A stretch of 56,240 bases of DNA. Origin: Octopus sinensis (lineage: Eukaryota). The notes beneath the pieces were generated by a model. It made no database searches, had not been told where the DNA came from, and saw only the letters and a list, made by a program, of their open reading frames with translations. The translations under genes and the position numbers were made by a program. Positions 35,971 through 51,604 of this stretch are shown here, one piece after another (position 1 is the first letter of the stretch; the number at the start of each line of letters is the position of its first letter). The DNA lies in contig NW_021833907.1 in the NCBI RefSeq assembly GCF_006345805.1, forward strand, positions 1-56,240, in the 5' to 3' direction.

Positions 35971-37871
35971 AAATAATATATATAATATATAATATATATA
36001 TATTCACTAATACACAGGTGTGTATAGAAGAACATATTATTAAACATGGTACATGGCATATGTAGGTGTGACAGCAACCCAGGAATCACTCTTATCTACT
36101 AGGCGTTTTACTGAAGCAACACCCACTGAATTTTCATGGATCCCCAAAACGATCTGAGCGTTACTCCTAAGAGATGCCTCTCGTCAGCTAACGATATGGC
36201 GTTGTATCATGTACTGATAGAAAGACTGACGCAGAAAATTACGGAGTTTGGTGTGGTGATACAAAGTCTGAGAACGAAGCCAACCTTAGGTACATATGTT
36301 TTTTTGATTTTTTCTGTTTTACTTAGGGTGTTGTGGTCGACGTTGTTGTTTGCCCTGATCGTAGTTTTGCACAAAGTCATTCCAACTCTAGCCATCTAAT
36401 TCTATTGAATCATATAAGATTTTTGTCTCACGTTTCAGCTGCTATCCGAAAAGCATACGCAATGAAATACACGTTTGAAATAATTCTCTATTTTTTTTAA
36501 AAACGTGAGTGGCAGTAAATTTCCTTGATGTTTGTGATTGGCTGAAATTCTTTAATATCTGGAAAATAAATCTATTTTCCAACTATTCACCATTCCTACA
36601 CGACAAGTGTTGAAATGGTGTCTGTGCAACATGAGATGAAGTGTTCTGCGCGCAATACACCTCCAGTTGCAGGATTTGAAATCACAACCTTGTTATCGAG
36701 AGCAGCACCTTTAACCACGATGTTATGTATTCTCGACTTCTATTATATTACCAAAATGGTATTTTTCATATGTCCTGGTAACACCCAGAGAATATTCTTA
36801 TCTACTTGACACATTTCTAAAACAAACGCCATTGTTTTTATCGATTATTGGGATGGCGATATCTGCTCAAAGACACGACCTCATCTCTCGAGTTACTAAA
36901 ATGCAAACCCGACGAATTTCCCTCGTTTCCCAGAATATATTTCAGTTGGTTGTAAAGGATGCTTGTTGTTCACTGATGAGAAGACTATAATCAGAGGCGT
37001 TTCCGTCGTGATCATCCCGTCGATTTACATATATTACAATGTGTGTTGTGTTCTTTCGGCTGTTAAGACGGTAGGGTGTGAGACAATGGAATATCATTGT
37101 CTCAAATGCTTACGATAGGGATGATAGTGCAAATATACAAGTAATGGACATTCATTAGTCCTAAAACCTACATCTACAATCATTATTGTAATACATCACA
37201 TGATGTGGATGTTAATTTTCATAGATCTTTCCGATGTATAAGTTCGACCTTTCTATCAAGATGAACCATCAATATATTAAATGACATCTAGGACTTCCTT
37301 AGGGTCCGTCTACAATACCCACTCACAAGTTTTTGCTCGGACCGAGGCTATAGTAGAACGAAACTTTCCCAGGTTCCATGCAGCGAAGCTAAACCTGGAT
37401 CTAGTGCTTACGGAGCAAGTTTCTTACCACATAGCCACGCCTATGCATGTGTGTTTATGTATAAGTCTATATTCCGGATGAACAGGACAAACAAATTTAA
37501 CTAGTTTTTACATGCGTGTAACACGTTATGGTTGCTTGGGAAAAAAGTACAAAATTGATTTATCTATTCGCGTTCTGAGTTCTATCCTGTCGAACTCCCA
37601 TTTGCCTTTCATTTCTCAGAGGTACTGAAGTCCAATTAGTCGACAGTCCACCTTCCCCACAAAACACAACTACTGGCATTGTACCTAAACCCGAAACCAC
37701 TTTATAGGTGGCAATCTAGGATTTTAGGCCGAAGAATTGCTACGCGGTGTCATATGTAATCATGTATGGTATATAAAGATGCATGAGGATATATATACAT
37801 ACACAAACACGCACAAATATGTGTGCGTGTATGAGTGTGTGTGCATATGAGTGTGTGTATGTATGTACGTT

Positions 37872-37905
<34 letters not shown>

Positions 37906-38358
37906 TGTATATGTGAGCGTGTGTCTACATGTATGTGAATACATGCCAAGTGTACGAGGCGAACATCCAAACACACACCAAATACACACACACACACCAC
38001 CACACATATATAATATATATATATATATTATATAAATACTTATATATGTATTCATACGCATTTAGATATATACACACACATAACACACACATATATCAAT
38101 GTGTATACTTTTTCTTTAATTCTTTTACTTGTTGAAGTCATTTGCCTGCGTCCATGCTGGAGCACAATATCATAAGCCTTTAAGCCCAATACATTGACAT
38201 CAGGGATTATTCTTTGTAAGCCAAGTATTTATTTTATTGTCCGCTTTTGCCGAACCGCAATGTAAAAACCTGCTGTAAGTTATGAAAGGTAACAAACATA
38301 GTCGCGAAGACAGACACACACATACACAAACAAACAAACTCACACCACACTTATGCAT

Positions 38359-38424
<66 letters not shown>

Positions 38425-41400
38425 CGAACTTCTTTCGGTTTTTTCGTCTACCAAATCCACTCGTACGGCTTTGGTCAGCCCGTGGCTATAGTAGAAGACA
38501 CTTTCCCAAATTGCCATGCAATGAAACTAAACCTGGAACTATCTGCTTGTGAAGCATGTTTCTTATCACACAGCCACGCCTATGCATATGTGTTTATGTA
38601 GAAGTCTATATATAGGATGAACAGGACAAACAAATATTTAAATAATAATTCTGACGTGCATGTAACAATGTTATGGTTGCTTGCGAACCAAGTGCTCACG
38701 ACAAATGATTGTCAGGAACAACATTATTCTATTAAGTTGCATAGTTATAGAATGATAGAGAAAGAGGGAAAAATAAATCATATATACATTTGTTGTGGAT
38801 ACAAATGTTAAATCTTAAAAGAAAAGTAACAAAAATTTATTTCCCTTTATAAGCCGACTCCAATATTACTTCAGTTTCAATTTTTTTACAGAAATTAAAA
38901 GTCTTATCCACTTATCTGAATATTCTATTGCCTCATATAAATTTTTTGTTTCACCTTTCAGCTTCTATCCGAAATGCATACTGAATGAAATATCCTGTGT
39001 AATAATTCTCTATATTTTTTAAACGAGTGGCAGTATTTTCCCTGATGTATGTGATTGGCTGAAATACTTTAATATCCGGAAAAATCCATATTCCAGCTAG
39101 TCACCATTCCTACACGTCAAGTGTTGAAATGGTCGCTGTGTAACCTAAGATGAAGTGTTCTGTTCCAATACACCACTCGTCCCAGGATCTGAAATCATGA
39201 CCTTAATCACGATTTCATGTGTCCTCGACTTCAATTATATTACCAAAATGGTATTTTTCATATGTCCTGGCAACACCCAGAGAATATTCTTATCTACTTG
39301 ACGCTTTTCTAAAACAAACGCCATTGTTTTTATCGATTATTGGGATTGCGATATCTGCTCAAAAACACGACCTCATCTCTCTAGTTACTAAAATGCAAAC
39401 CCAACCAATTTTCCTCGTTTCCCAGAATATATTTCAGTTGGTTGTAAAGTATTCTAGTTGTTCACTGGCGGAAAGACTATGACCACAGGCGTTTCGGTCA
39501 TGATCATCCCGTTGATTTACATCGTAATGTGTGTTCTATTCTTTCCGTGGTTAAGACGATAGGGTGTGAGACAATGGAATATTCATCTCAAATGCTTACG
39601 ATAGGGCTGATGGCGCAAATGTAAAATTAATGGGCATTCATTAGTCCTGAAACCTATATCTACAATCATTATTGTAATACATCACATGATGTGGATGTTA
39701 ATTTTCATAGATCTTCCGAAATATAAGTCCGACCTTTCTATCAAGATGAAGCATCAATTTATTAAACGACATCTAGGACTGAATTATTCTGCAACTTGCA
39801 GAAGAATGAAAGTGATATTCTACGTGGTTTACTCTGCATGTGTGTTTAGTATATTGTAACTTTCATGTACATGGGTTATCTCAAGTACAACATACCCTCG
39901 AATATTTAGGGGCGTCCAGTTCACCTGTGTAACTTGCCGAAGGACTCACACAGCAGATGCAGGTACTAGAGGGTAAAGACGGTCTAATTCTGTAAGTTGT
40001 TCACTTGAGCATCCGCATACCAATTTATTATTATTCCATATACACAAAACACTTGATTGTCTGAATACGTTTGTGTGTTATATATATATATACTAATGTA
40101 TATGTGGGCGTCTATGAGCATGTGTGTGGTGAGTACATGCACAAGTGTACGGCGTTCAAAATACTCACACAGACACACACACACGCAGATACACACACAT
40201 ATTTGTGTTAGTAGACGGACCCGAAGGAAATCCGTTATATATATATATATATATATATACATATGTGTGTTGAGTGTGTCTGTGAGTGTATGTTGGCGCG
40301 CGCGCGCGTGTGTGGTGTATTAGGGGCGGTTGTTTGACTATTTATTAAAATTTTATGTATTGATTAGTCTTCCTTGTTGTTTTGCAAATAGTGGTTTTGC
40401 CTCTAATATATTTATATTATATAATATATATATATATATATATATATTCATACGCATCAGAGATCAACACACACATATAAAAAGTGTATTCGTTTCTTTA
40501 ATTATTTTACTTGTTTAAGTCATTTGACTGCGTCCTTGCTGGAGTTCCACCTAAAAGCCTTTAAGCCGAAGAACCGAAAGTTTACCACTGGGCTTATTCT
40601 TGTAAGCCTGGTACTTATTTTATTGATCGCTTTTGCCGAACAGCTATGTTAAAGCGGGCGTAAAAGACCTGCTGTCAAACTATGAACGCGTAACCAACAT
40701 AGTCACACAGACACACACGCACACAGGTAAACACACACACACACTCATACATACACACACACGCGCGCGCGCGCACACATACACTCACAGACACACTCAC
40801 ACACACATATGTATATATATATATATATAACGGATTTCTTCGGGTCCGTCTACTAAACCCACTCACAAGTCTTTGCTCGGCCCGAGGTTATAGTAGAAGA
40901 CACTTTCCCAGGTTGCCAAGCAGGGAAACTACACCTGGATCTATGTGCTTGCGGAGCAAGTTCCTTACCAAATAGCCACGCCTTTGCATGTGTGTTTATG
41001 TAGAAGTCTATAAACAGGATGAACAGGACAATCAAATGTTTAACTAATAGTTCTTACTTGCGTGTAACAACGTTATGGTTGCTTGGAACAAAATGCTCAC
41101 CGACAAATGACTGTCAGGAACAACGTTATTCTATTAAGTTGCATAGTATAGAAAGATAGAAAGAAGGAAAAAAAATCATATATTTGTGTGTGTGTATATA
41201 TAAATAAATTTTAAATTTAAAAGAAATGTAACAAAATTGATTTATCTATTCGCATTCTGAGTTCCTTTCCTGTCGAATTCCCCTTTGCCTTTCATTTCTC
41301 AGAGGTGCTGAATTGCAATTAGTCGACTGTCCACCTCCCCCACAAAAACACACCCCTGGCATTCTACCTAACCAGAAACCACTTTATAAGCGGCAATCTA

Positions 41401-44099
41401 GGATTTTAGGACGAAGAATTTCTACGCGGGGTCATATGTAATCATGTATGGTTATATAAAATGCATGAGGATATTATACATACACAAACACGCGCAAAAA
41501 TATGTGTGTGTATGAGTGTGTGTATGTATGTTAGTTCGTATATATATATATATATATATAATATATATATATACATATGTATATATGAATGTATATGTGA
41601 GCGTGTGTCTACATGTGTGTGTGTGAATACATGCACATGAGTACGAGGCAAAACATTCACACACATACATACATATAGGTATATAAATACATATGTATAT
41701 ATTCATACGCATTTATATATATACACAGACATGCGCACACACATATATAAATGTGTATTCTTTTTCTTTAATTCTTTTACGTGTTGAAGTCATTTGCCCG
41801 CGGCCATGCTGGAGTGCCATATCAAAAGCCATTAGGCCCAATAAATTGACATCAGAGATTATTCTTTGTAAGCCAAGTACTTATTTTATTGGCTGCTTTT
41901 GCCGAACCGCAATGTTAAGGAGGGGCCTTAAAAAACCTGCTGTCGAATATGAATGGGTAACAAACATAGTTGCAAAGGCAGAAACACACATACACAAACA
42001 AACAAACTCACACACACACACACAAACACACATATGCTTCAATATATATAGATTTATATATAACGCACTTCTTTCGGTTTCCGTCTACCAAATCCACTCG
42101 TAAGGCTTTGGTCGGTCTGAGGTTATAGTAGAAGACACTTTCCCAAATTGCCATGCAGTGAAACTGAACCTGGAACTATCTGCTTGTGAAGCATGTTTCT
42201 TACCACTCAGCCACGCCTATGCATATGTGTTTATGTAAAAGTCTCTATATAGGATGAACAGGACAAACAAATATTTAAATAATAATTCTGACGTGAATGT
42301 AACAACGTTATGGTTGCTTGGAACCAAAATCTCACCGACAAATGATCGTCAGGAATAACTTAATTGTATTAATTTGCATAGTTATAGAAAGATAGAGAGA
42401 GAGGAAAAAATAAATCATATATACGTGTGTGTGTGTAGATACAAATGTTAAATCTTAAAAGAAAAGTAACAAAAATTGGTTTACCTTTATAGAGCCGGCC
42501 CCAAATATGACTTCGGTTTGAATTTTTGACAGAAATTAAATGTTTATCCACTTATCGGAATATTCTATTGCCTCATATAAGTTTTGGTCTCAACGTTCCA
42601 GGTGCTATCCGAAAAGCATACTGAATGAAATAACCCTGTTGTAATAATTCTCTAATTATTTTTAAAACGAGAGTGGCAGTATTTTTTCTTGATGTATGTG
42701 ATTGGCTGAAATTCTTTAATATCCGGAAAATAAATCCATTTTCCAGCTAGTCACCATTCCTACACGTCGAGTGTTGAAATGGTCGCTGTGCAACATAAGA
42801 TGAATTGTTCTGCGCACAAAACATCACTCGTCCCAGGATCTGAAATCACGACCTTAATCACGATTTCATGTCCTCGACTTCTATTATATTACCAAAACTT
42901 TATTTTTCATATGTCCTGACAACACCCACAGAATATTCTTATCTACTTGTCGCTTTTCTAAAACAAACGCCATAGTTTTTACCGATTATTGGGATGGCGA
43001 TATCTGCTCAAAAATATGACCTCATCGCTCTAGTTACTAAAATGGAAATCCGGCCAATTTTCCTCGTTTCGCAGAATATATTTCAGTTATTTGTAAAGAA
43101 TGCTTGTTGTTCAATGATGACAAGACTATGATCAGAGGCGTTTCGGCCATGATCATGCCGTTGATTTACTTACATCGCAATGTGTGTTGTGTTCTTTCCG
43201 TGGTTAAGACGGTAGGGTGTGGGACAATGGAATATCATTGTCTCAAATGCTTACGATAGGGCTGATAGCGCAAACGTTCAAGTAATGGACAATCATTAGT
43301 CCTGAAACCTACACCTGCAATCATTATTGTAATACATCACATGATGTGGATGTTAATTTTCATAGATCTCTCCGAAATATAAGTCCGACCTTACAATTAA
43401 TTTTTGCTTAGAAACTCTGTCTCCCTTTTCAGCTTCCTTTCAGCAACCATAACCATGTCTCAATATTACTATTTCCTGCAACTATCTTTGCCAATCGACA
43501 TTGCCATACATTCTCTTGTCAGTTAGATTATCTTCCTACTTTTTTTATTGTTTTAATTCATTTGGCTTTTTCTTTCCTATCTCCTACTATAACTCAGGCA
43601 AATCATAAATTTTTTTCATTATTATATATATCAACACTAGCTACTCTACCTACCCTACTTTCTGCTGATATTAAACCGCTTCCACCTTCGTTATTCTACG
43701 TAAGTGCAATCTTGCTCTTCCTAATCGAGGCTGAAGTCCTCTATTCATATTGAATTCCTTCTTAGTTCTTCTGTCTAGATTTGCTAATTCAGATCTTTTC
43801 CAATCAACAAATTCTGCTGAATACCGAAGTAACGACACTTCCCAAAGTTTTTACAACCTTTACTAGATTTAGAACCCTTCGCATTCCCTTCATTAGCTTC
43901 TTCAACCTTCCGATGTACTCCTTAGCTATTTTTTTTTCATTTCCATTGTTAGTACACTCTCAGATTCTAATACTCCGAAGCACTTATGATTCTGTGCCTT
44001 CAGTGATATTACTTTCTTGCTATCTGGCCTTCACTGCTGACTCCTTTTCTGTGTGAATTCATGTTAAAAGTCTCTACATTGGGAATTTGCCTGGTTTTG

Positions 44100-44620
44100 T
44101 CTATTTTGGATTTTATGTAGTTAGTTATGAATGCCTGATCGTGTGCGGTTGCTTACAAACACTGTCTCCCTTTTCATTTTCCGTTCTGAAACATATTAGT
44201 CTGTAAGTGTCCCTTGGCTATTCTTTCTGTACCCTTTCTGTTCCACTGGTGCTTTGTAATTTATTTCCAGGAATCATACACCTAATTAGATATTATTCCT
44301 GTCATCAGCTTCCACATGAGGGGCAGACAGGTGATAGGCCGGTGATTATCCACTCCATTGCTTTGTTGGGATTATTTTGGCAAAGAATTGTTTGACTTTT
44401 GGTCAGCCTCTTTGGGATTTGTACCCCGTTGTTGATCATTTTATATTTGCTTGGCTATTCTTCTGTGTACTGCTGGGAAATTTTCAGCCAATATCCTTGT
44501 ACGCTATCCGGTCCTGGGTATTTCCAGTTTGCGATTTAATCACTCTGGCCCACATTGGTAGTCAAATATACAATGAGGCGACATGTGTTTATACATCTGC
44601 TTTTACTCGTCCTTAATTAC
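44100..44620 (-). mobile_element. Degenerate LINE RT fragment (CR1/L2-like)
   Basis: Weak remnants resembling P.QW..A.I.P....RP.SL....KL.E.I and Q.GF.KNR after allowing frameshifts. Confidence 0.4.
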
Positions 44621-47431
44621 TAAACAATACTCTCCTCTCGCTCTCTTTCTCTCTCTCTCTCCTCTAATAACTTAATTAAATTTAACTCTCTATAATTATC
44701 TACGATGACTATGCGAGTTTTTGTATGTGGGTGTGTCTGTGCGTGCAAACAGACATTTATCTGTCCATTTCTAAACTCATACGTATGGATGTGTATGTAT
44801 GGCCGCGTAAGTGTGTGTATCTGACTGTGTGTATATCAATAGGAATATGCCACTGCATAGTGTCTGTGTGTGTGTCTGTGTGTGTTTGCATATGTTAGTG
44901 CGTGTGTGTATGTGTATGTCTCTCTCTGTATGTATGTGTGTGTATACATGCATCCCTTTAACCCCCAAGTCAAACACCCCTTCACTATATAGACTAATCT
45001 CTATATACTCTCATATATTTCTCATTCGCCCAATAATAGACTCTTCCAAGGCCTTCCAAATCTGATTCACTTTCTATTCAAAGATGCAACTGTTAATTTC
45101 CATTATCCTTTGCCAGGGACTTTCCTGGAAACTTTACTAACTCTTCGATCACGAAAATACCAGACACATTTATCTGAGAACTCCATGGTTTCCCAAAAGA
45201 CTGGTAACGAATAATATCCTCGATTAAGGATATTATGCATTTCTGCATTTTCTTTTTCTGTGCATATTTGTAACCACTCTGCACAGTTCTTTTATTTGTT
45301 TCAGCCATTTCACTGCAGCCATGCTGGAGCAATGCCTTTTTCACCGAACTTATTATTTATAAGACTTGTACTTATTCTATGAGTCTCCTTTGCTGAACCA
45401 CTATTTTACATGGACGTAAACTCACCAACATCGGTTGTAAAGCGATGGTGGTGGACAGACAAAGACACAAAACTCTCACAACCACACACACCCACACACA
45501 CACACAATACTTATATTATAAATTATAAAATGAATGTTCTTGAAAAAGGCTAAATGTTTTTCTTTCTCCTAATCTGTTATAATTTATGTCCCTCCGCTCA
45601 ATGATCAACCACACCTTAAACCCATGATACCCAATTCTGCACCACATTTTTCTGTTCAAGCCGGTGTTTTAGTGGTAAACCAAACTGAGCAGTCAAACTA
45701 CATACGACCTTTTAAATGATTTTCTTTTGTATCAACGCTAAGGTATAATATATACTTTTATGTGGCTTTGGGGAGTGGCATGAACGGATTTCTTCTATTT
45801 GTATTTATGTATTTCAATTTCTCGTGTAACGAACAATTCCTTTAACGAACATGGCTCGGAAAGGATTATGTGTATATATAGAGATGGCACTGGTTTGAGA
45901 AGTTGTGAGTCGAACTAATTGACCTCTGTACTTAATTTTTTAAGCCTTGTACTTATTTTATTGGAGTATATTGGTGAACCGCTAAGTTACCGGAGCGTAA
46001 ACACACCAACACAGGTCATCAAGCGGTGGGACAAACACTGACACAAAGACACACACACTGATACATACAGACAGACATATATAGACATAGAAGTGGCCGT
46101 AGAGTATGAAACACATGGTTCCGGGTTCAGTCCCGTTGCGAGACATTTTGGCTGAGTGTCTTCTACTATAGCCAAGGGCCGACCATAGTCTTGTGAGTGG
46201 ATTTCAGAGATGGAAACTCAAATAAGCCCGTCGTATGTGTGTGTGTGTATTTGTGTGTCGATATTTGTCCCTCCACCATCATTTGACAACCGATGTTGGT
46301 GTGCTTACGTCCCTGTAACATAGCGGTTCTGGAAAAGAAACTGATAGAATAAGTACTAGGATTACAAAGGTTAAGTCCTAGGGTCGATTTGTTCGACTAA
46401 AGGCGGAGCTCCAGCATGGCCGCAGTCAAATGACTGAAACAAGTAAAAGAATAGTCACGATAGGCTTCTTTCCGTTTCCATCTACCAAATCCACTCCTGA
46501 AGATTTTGAGAGTCCAATGGCTACAGTAGAAGACATTTATGTAGCGTGCCACGCAGTGGAACTGAACCCGAATCCAAATTTGGAAGCAAGCGTCTTACCA
46601 CACAGCCGCGCCTAAACATGCCCCCCTACACAGATTCAATCCAAGGAAATACGCATAAAGATGAAAACTCTCCAAGCCGTTCACTTTATAATTTGTTAAA
46701 ACCATTAACATGGTGTCCATTAGTGAGTGATGCTGTGTTTTGTTTTATTTCTCCTACACATTGATTCCAAATTTTGGCACAACACCAGCAATTTCAGGGG
46801 AGGAGTAAGTTGATTACATCGACCCCAGTATATAACTGATATTCATTTCATCGACCCCGAAAGGATAAAAGGCAAAGACAACCTCGGCGGAATATTTCTA
46901 CTTAATATTAATATTATTACGTTCATGCATTTTTGAAATTGGGTGTTAAAACAGAAATTCTTCTATTTGGAGATGGTCGTCTGTTGCCAATGAAACACGC
47001 GCAATATATATTTGATATTCACTTTATTGTTGTTGTTGTTGTTGTGTGTTGTGTTGTTGGTACACCGGGCGAAACGTTTAGAAGTATTTCGTCTGCGGTT
47101 ACGTTCTGAGTTCAAATTCCACCGAGTCCAAATTCCACCGAGGTCGATATTGCCTTTCATCCTTTTGTAGTCGATTAAATAAGTACCAGTTACGCACTGG
47201 AGGCGATATAATCGACTTAATCGCGTGTCTGTCCTTGTTTGTCCTCTCTGTGTTTAGCCCCTGTGGGTAGTAAAGAGATAAGTATTTCGTCTCTCACTAC
47301 ATTCTGAGTTCAAATTCCGCTTAGATCGACTTTGCCCTTCATCCTTTCGGAGACGATAAATTAAGTACCAGTTACACACTGGGATCGATGTAATGGACTT
47401 GTCCTTGTGCTTCCAGTAGACAGGATAATTA

Positions 47432-47479
<48 letters not shown>

Positions 47480-47707
47480 TGAGGTTTAGCTGGCAGAATC
47501 GTTAGCACGCCGGGCAAAATGCTTGGTAGTATTTCATCCATCATTAGTTTCTGAGTTCAAATCCCCCGAGGTCAACTTCACATTTCAACATTTCGAGGTC
47601 TATAAATTAAATACCAGTTGAGTACTAGGGGCTATGTAATCGACTAACTCCCCCCATCCAAGAATATGTCAGGCTTTGTGCTTATAGTAGGAACGACTAT
47701 TATATTG

Positions 47708-47751
<44 letters not shown>

Positions 47752-48213
47752 TATTATTATTATTATTATTATCATTATTATTATTATTCTATTAGTATAA
47801 ATTTCTTTCGTCTCACATACTGTGATCTCCTCAGCGACTCTCTACTACGCTTTTTCTTCTTATCCTGCTTATTCTGTATTAAAATTTATATTAAATGTCT
47901 ACGTTTCTACTGTTTGTCAAGTGTTTTGTTTATCAATAATTTTATACTCGGAACAATTGTACAACGGAATTTCCCACTTGGTGCAGCTTATATTTTTAGT
48001 AATTGTTTGAATGAATACACGCACATACACAACTCACTTATATGTTTGTGTGTGTGTGTGTTGTACATATATATGTATATATATATATTATATATATATA
48101 TATATATATATGTTGTGTGTGTGTGTGTGTGTGTATGTATATATATAAGCATAGTAGAAATATGTTAAAGAAAGAAAATATAAAATACACGTGGAAATGT
48201 AAGATAAAAGATG

Positions 48214-48276
<63 letters not shown>

Positions 48277-48659
48277 AGAGAGAGAGAGAGAGAGAGACTT
48301 TTAGTGGGGGGCAACCAGATCGAACCTTCCAAGTGTTACTCCCGAGATGTCGTGACTTGTGGGACTTGACTGAGGAAGAGAGCGTTATTTTTTTACCATT
48401 TATATAAGTATGTATGTTGTGGTGTGTGTGTGTGTGTGTATTTGTGTGTGTATGTGTTGTAATTGTGTGTATGATATGTGTGTGTGTTGTGTGTTTGGAA
48501 TCTATGTATTGAAGTTTCTGTTTGTTTATCTGTCTAATTATTTTTCGAATTGTCCTCTCTCTCTCTCTCTTTCTCTCTTCTTTCTTTTTTCTTTCCCTCT
48601 CTCTCTGTTCCACACTTTCATTTTCTCTCTCTTTTCTCTCTTTCTGACTTTCTCTCTTA

Positions 48660-48692
<33 letters not shown>

Positions 48693-48855
48693 TCGTAATG
48701 CTATTTTTAGTGTGCTGGTGCTGCTTGTAGGAACTTTAATCATTAATTAATGATGCCTTACCTTATGGCATTTTTTACGCATGCTTGACACTTGATAATA
48801 TTGTAAGCAATAATATCCTTATATATACATATATATATCATATATGTACATAATA

Positions 48856-48907
<52 letters not shown>

Positions 48908-50079
48908 TTATACACAGGTATGTATGATTGTGTATAGAGGAATATATTACTGAAAGAAATTCCAACTTTGATTTTCATGATTATTTACAATCCTATAATA
49001 ATATATGATAAGATAAGATAACATATGAAGCGATAGAATATCAAATATCCGCTCTGATTGAACTAGTACTTTCATGCATTCTTCAAGTTGTATAAAAATA
49101 GTTATTGTCTGCATCATTCCAAGAGAAAAAGTCTCCATAAAGTGTAAAAGTTAGAAATAATTTGTATGGTGTTAGTAACAAAATATTTTGTTAGAAATAG
49201 GATTATTATCATCGGTCTTAAATTTAATCTCGCCAGTGTAGATATGTGTGTGTATAAATATCAATTTTAAATATTTACAGGAAAGTAGCAAAAATTGATT
49301 TACATTTACAATGCCGGTTTCAAATATGACTTCAGTATTAATTTTTTACAGAAATTAGAAAAGGTTTATCCACTTATCTGAATATTCTATTACCTCATGA
49401 AAGTTTATTGTCTCATTTTGCGGCTTGTATCGGATAAGAATACTGACCGAAGTACACATTTTTTATAACCCGTTATGTGTTTTTTTAACGGCAGTGTCAG
49501 TATTTTCTGTCGATGTATGTTATTCGCTGTACTTTAATATCCGGAAAATAAATCCATTTTAAGAAATTCACCATTTCTACACGACGCAAAGTAATATAAG
49601 ATGAGGTGATTGCTTAAGAACGCAATACAATTCCCTTTACGGAATTGAAACCGCGATCTCGCTATCGCGAATGTAACACCGTTAACAGCGTGGTCATTCG
49701 CCTTGGACACCCATTATATTTTTAACATGTTATATGACATAGGTGGGACAGCATCCCAGAATCCTTCTTATCTACTAGGCGTTTTCCCGAAGCAACACCC
49801 ACTGAATTTTCATGGATCCCGAGAAAATCTGAGCGTTACTCCTAAGTGATGTCTCTTGTCAGCTAACGATATGGCGTTGTATCATGTAATGATAGAAAAT
49901 CTGACGCAGAAAATTGCGTTGTTTGATGTGGTGATACAGTCTGAGACCGAGGCCAATTTTAGGTACATATCTTTGTTTGTTTTTTTGTGTTTTACTTAGG
50001 GTGTTGTTGTCGACGTTGTTGTTTGCCCTGACTGATCGTAACTTTGCACAAAGGCATTCCAATTATACCCTACTAATTA

Positions 50080-50450
50080 TTTTTATTCAAACATTAGCAA
50101 CCATGTCCTCCATTGTCTAAAATAAGAGTGTGTGATTGGAAAGAGATTTCGCAGGTATCTCCAGGTGTTTTGATGGAAAACATTGTAAACATATCTGCGT
50201 CACAAGCCAATGTTTCCTGATTGAGTAAAGCTATGGTCAGAGGACATCCAGTCGTCATCTTCCCATCCATTTAGTTATATAGCATGTCTCCGGTCTCTAG
50301 GTGAGCAGGATTTTCCATGAATTCAACTGCTTCAGCACACATGCAACCAAAAACCCATAGGACACTTGTGTGTAGACCACTAAATACATGCTTCCACCAC
50401 CTCAGATCTGATGCTTCGCCATCTTCCCATCCCCGCAGGACTTTCGAATG
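50080..50450 (-). mobile_element. Degenerate LINE RT fragment (RTE-like)
   Basis: Remnants resembling GVHQGSVL...TGCPW.LLYADDL after allowing frameshifts. Confidence 0.45.
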
Positions 50451-51129
50451 AAAAAATAAGTTGTACAGTTAAAAAGTATAGAGCTTAAATTAAAAGATAA
50501 TATTAAACAAGAATATCCAAGCAAAATAGTCGGCAATGCCTGTACACAATGCCTGTACACAAATTTACAAATTGCTTTGCAGCGCTTCTGTCGGCTATTC
50601 GCGTTCTGAGTTCCTTTCCCGCCGAAGTCCCCTTTGCTTTTATTTCTCAGAGGAGCTGAGTCCAATTAGTCGACTGACCACTTCCCCACAAACAACAACC
50701 ATGGCATTCTACCTAAGCCAGAGTAAACATTATATGAGCGGCAATCTAGGATTTCAGGACAAAGAATTGCTACGCGGTGTTATATGTAATCATGTCTGGT
50801 TATATAAAAATGCATCGGGATATATATACATACACAAACACGAACAAATATATGTGCGTGTATGTGTGTGTGTGTAAGTGTACCTGTGTGTGTATGTGAA
50901 TGTGAATGTGTGCAAATATGTACGTTTGTGTGTGTATATATATATATATATATATTAATCAATTTAATCAATTAATTGATAATTTTCTGACTAATTCTGA
51001 GATTGAATCGGCAGTTTATATTTGCTGCCGATAAGTTTGGCGCGAATGCGTTGGTCTTGAAAATTTTAAGACAGATATTCCCGAGGCATTGATACAGTCG
51101 CCTCGTGTATTTCCGTCTCTCCCAGGTTT

Positions 51130-51228
51130 CTTTTACTGATGAAGTGTGACCTATGGTAGACTAGCTTAATTTAATTTAATTAAGCTGGTCTATCATTAAA
51201 GACACTGAAACGATGCATCGTATAAAAG
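51130..51228 (+). ncRNA. Type I hammerhead ribozyme, unit 1, intact; cleavage after A51222
   Basis: ctttta CTGATGA agtgt [19-bp hairpin 51153-71/51178-96] acact GAAA cgatgcatcg T A taaaag. Stem III is the 12-nt palindrome ACGATGCATCGT. Confidence 0.92.
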
Positions 51229-51604
51229 TTGAATTAGGGTAAATGTTTTTAAATTTTCACCTTATTTCCGAATTACACTACTTGGCGGTTGGAGTTCTGG
51301 CTGCTCTTTCTGGTGGACGAATGGCCTGTTTAGGCCATTCCTAAATTGTTATATTTATACATATTTAGTCTTTGACTATTTTCTCTTTTCCACTAGGCCG
51401 CTGGTAGCGATAAATTTTTACTGAATTTTTTGCTACCCTAAATTGATTAATTGATAATTTTCTGACTAATTCTGAGATTGAATCGGCAGTTTATATTTGC
51501 TGCCGATAAGTTTGGCGCGAATGCGTTGGTCTTGAAAATTTTAAGACAGATATTCCCGAGGCATTGATACAGTCGCCTCGTGTATATCCGTCTCTCCCAG
51601 GTTT

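Noticed and set aside
39219-39482. ~90-codon open frame in the sub-repeat module (..LSIIGMAISAQRHDLIS..)
   Set aside because: Open in about three copies but stopped in others (~28958, ~42972); no splice signals or domain recognised.
51221-51228. Perfect TATAAAAG overlapping each retrozyme cleavage site
   Set aside because: Fully explained by the U16.1-A17 and stem I requirements in AT-rich sequence; no other promoter evidence.
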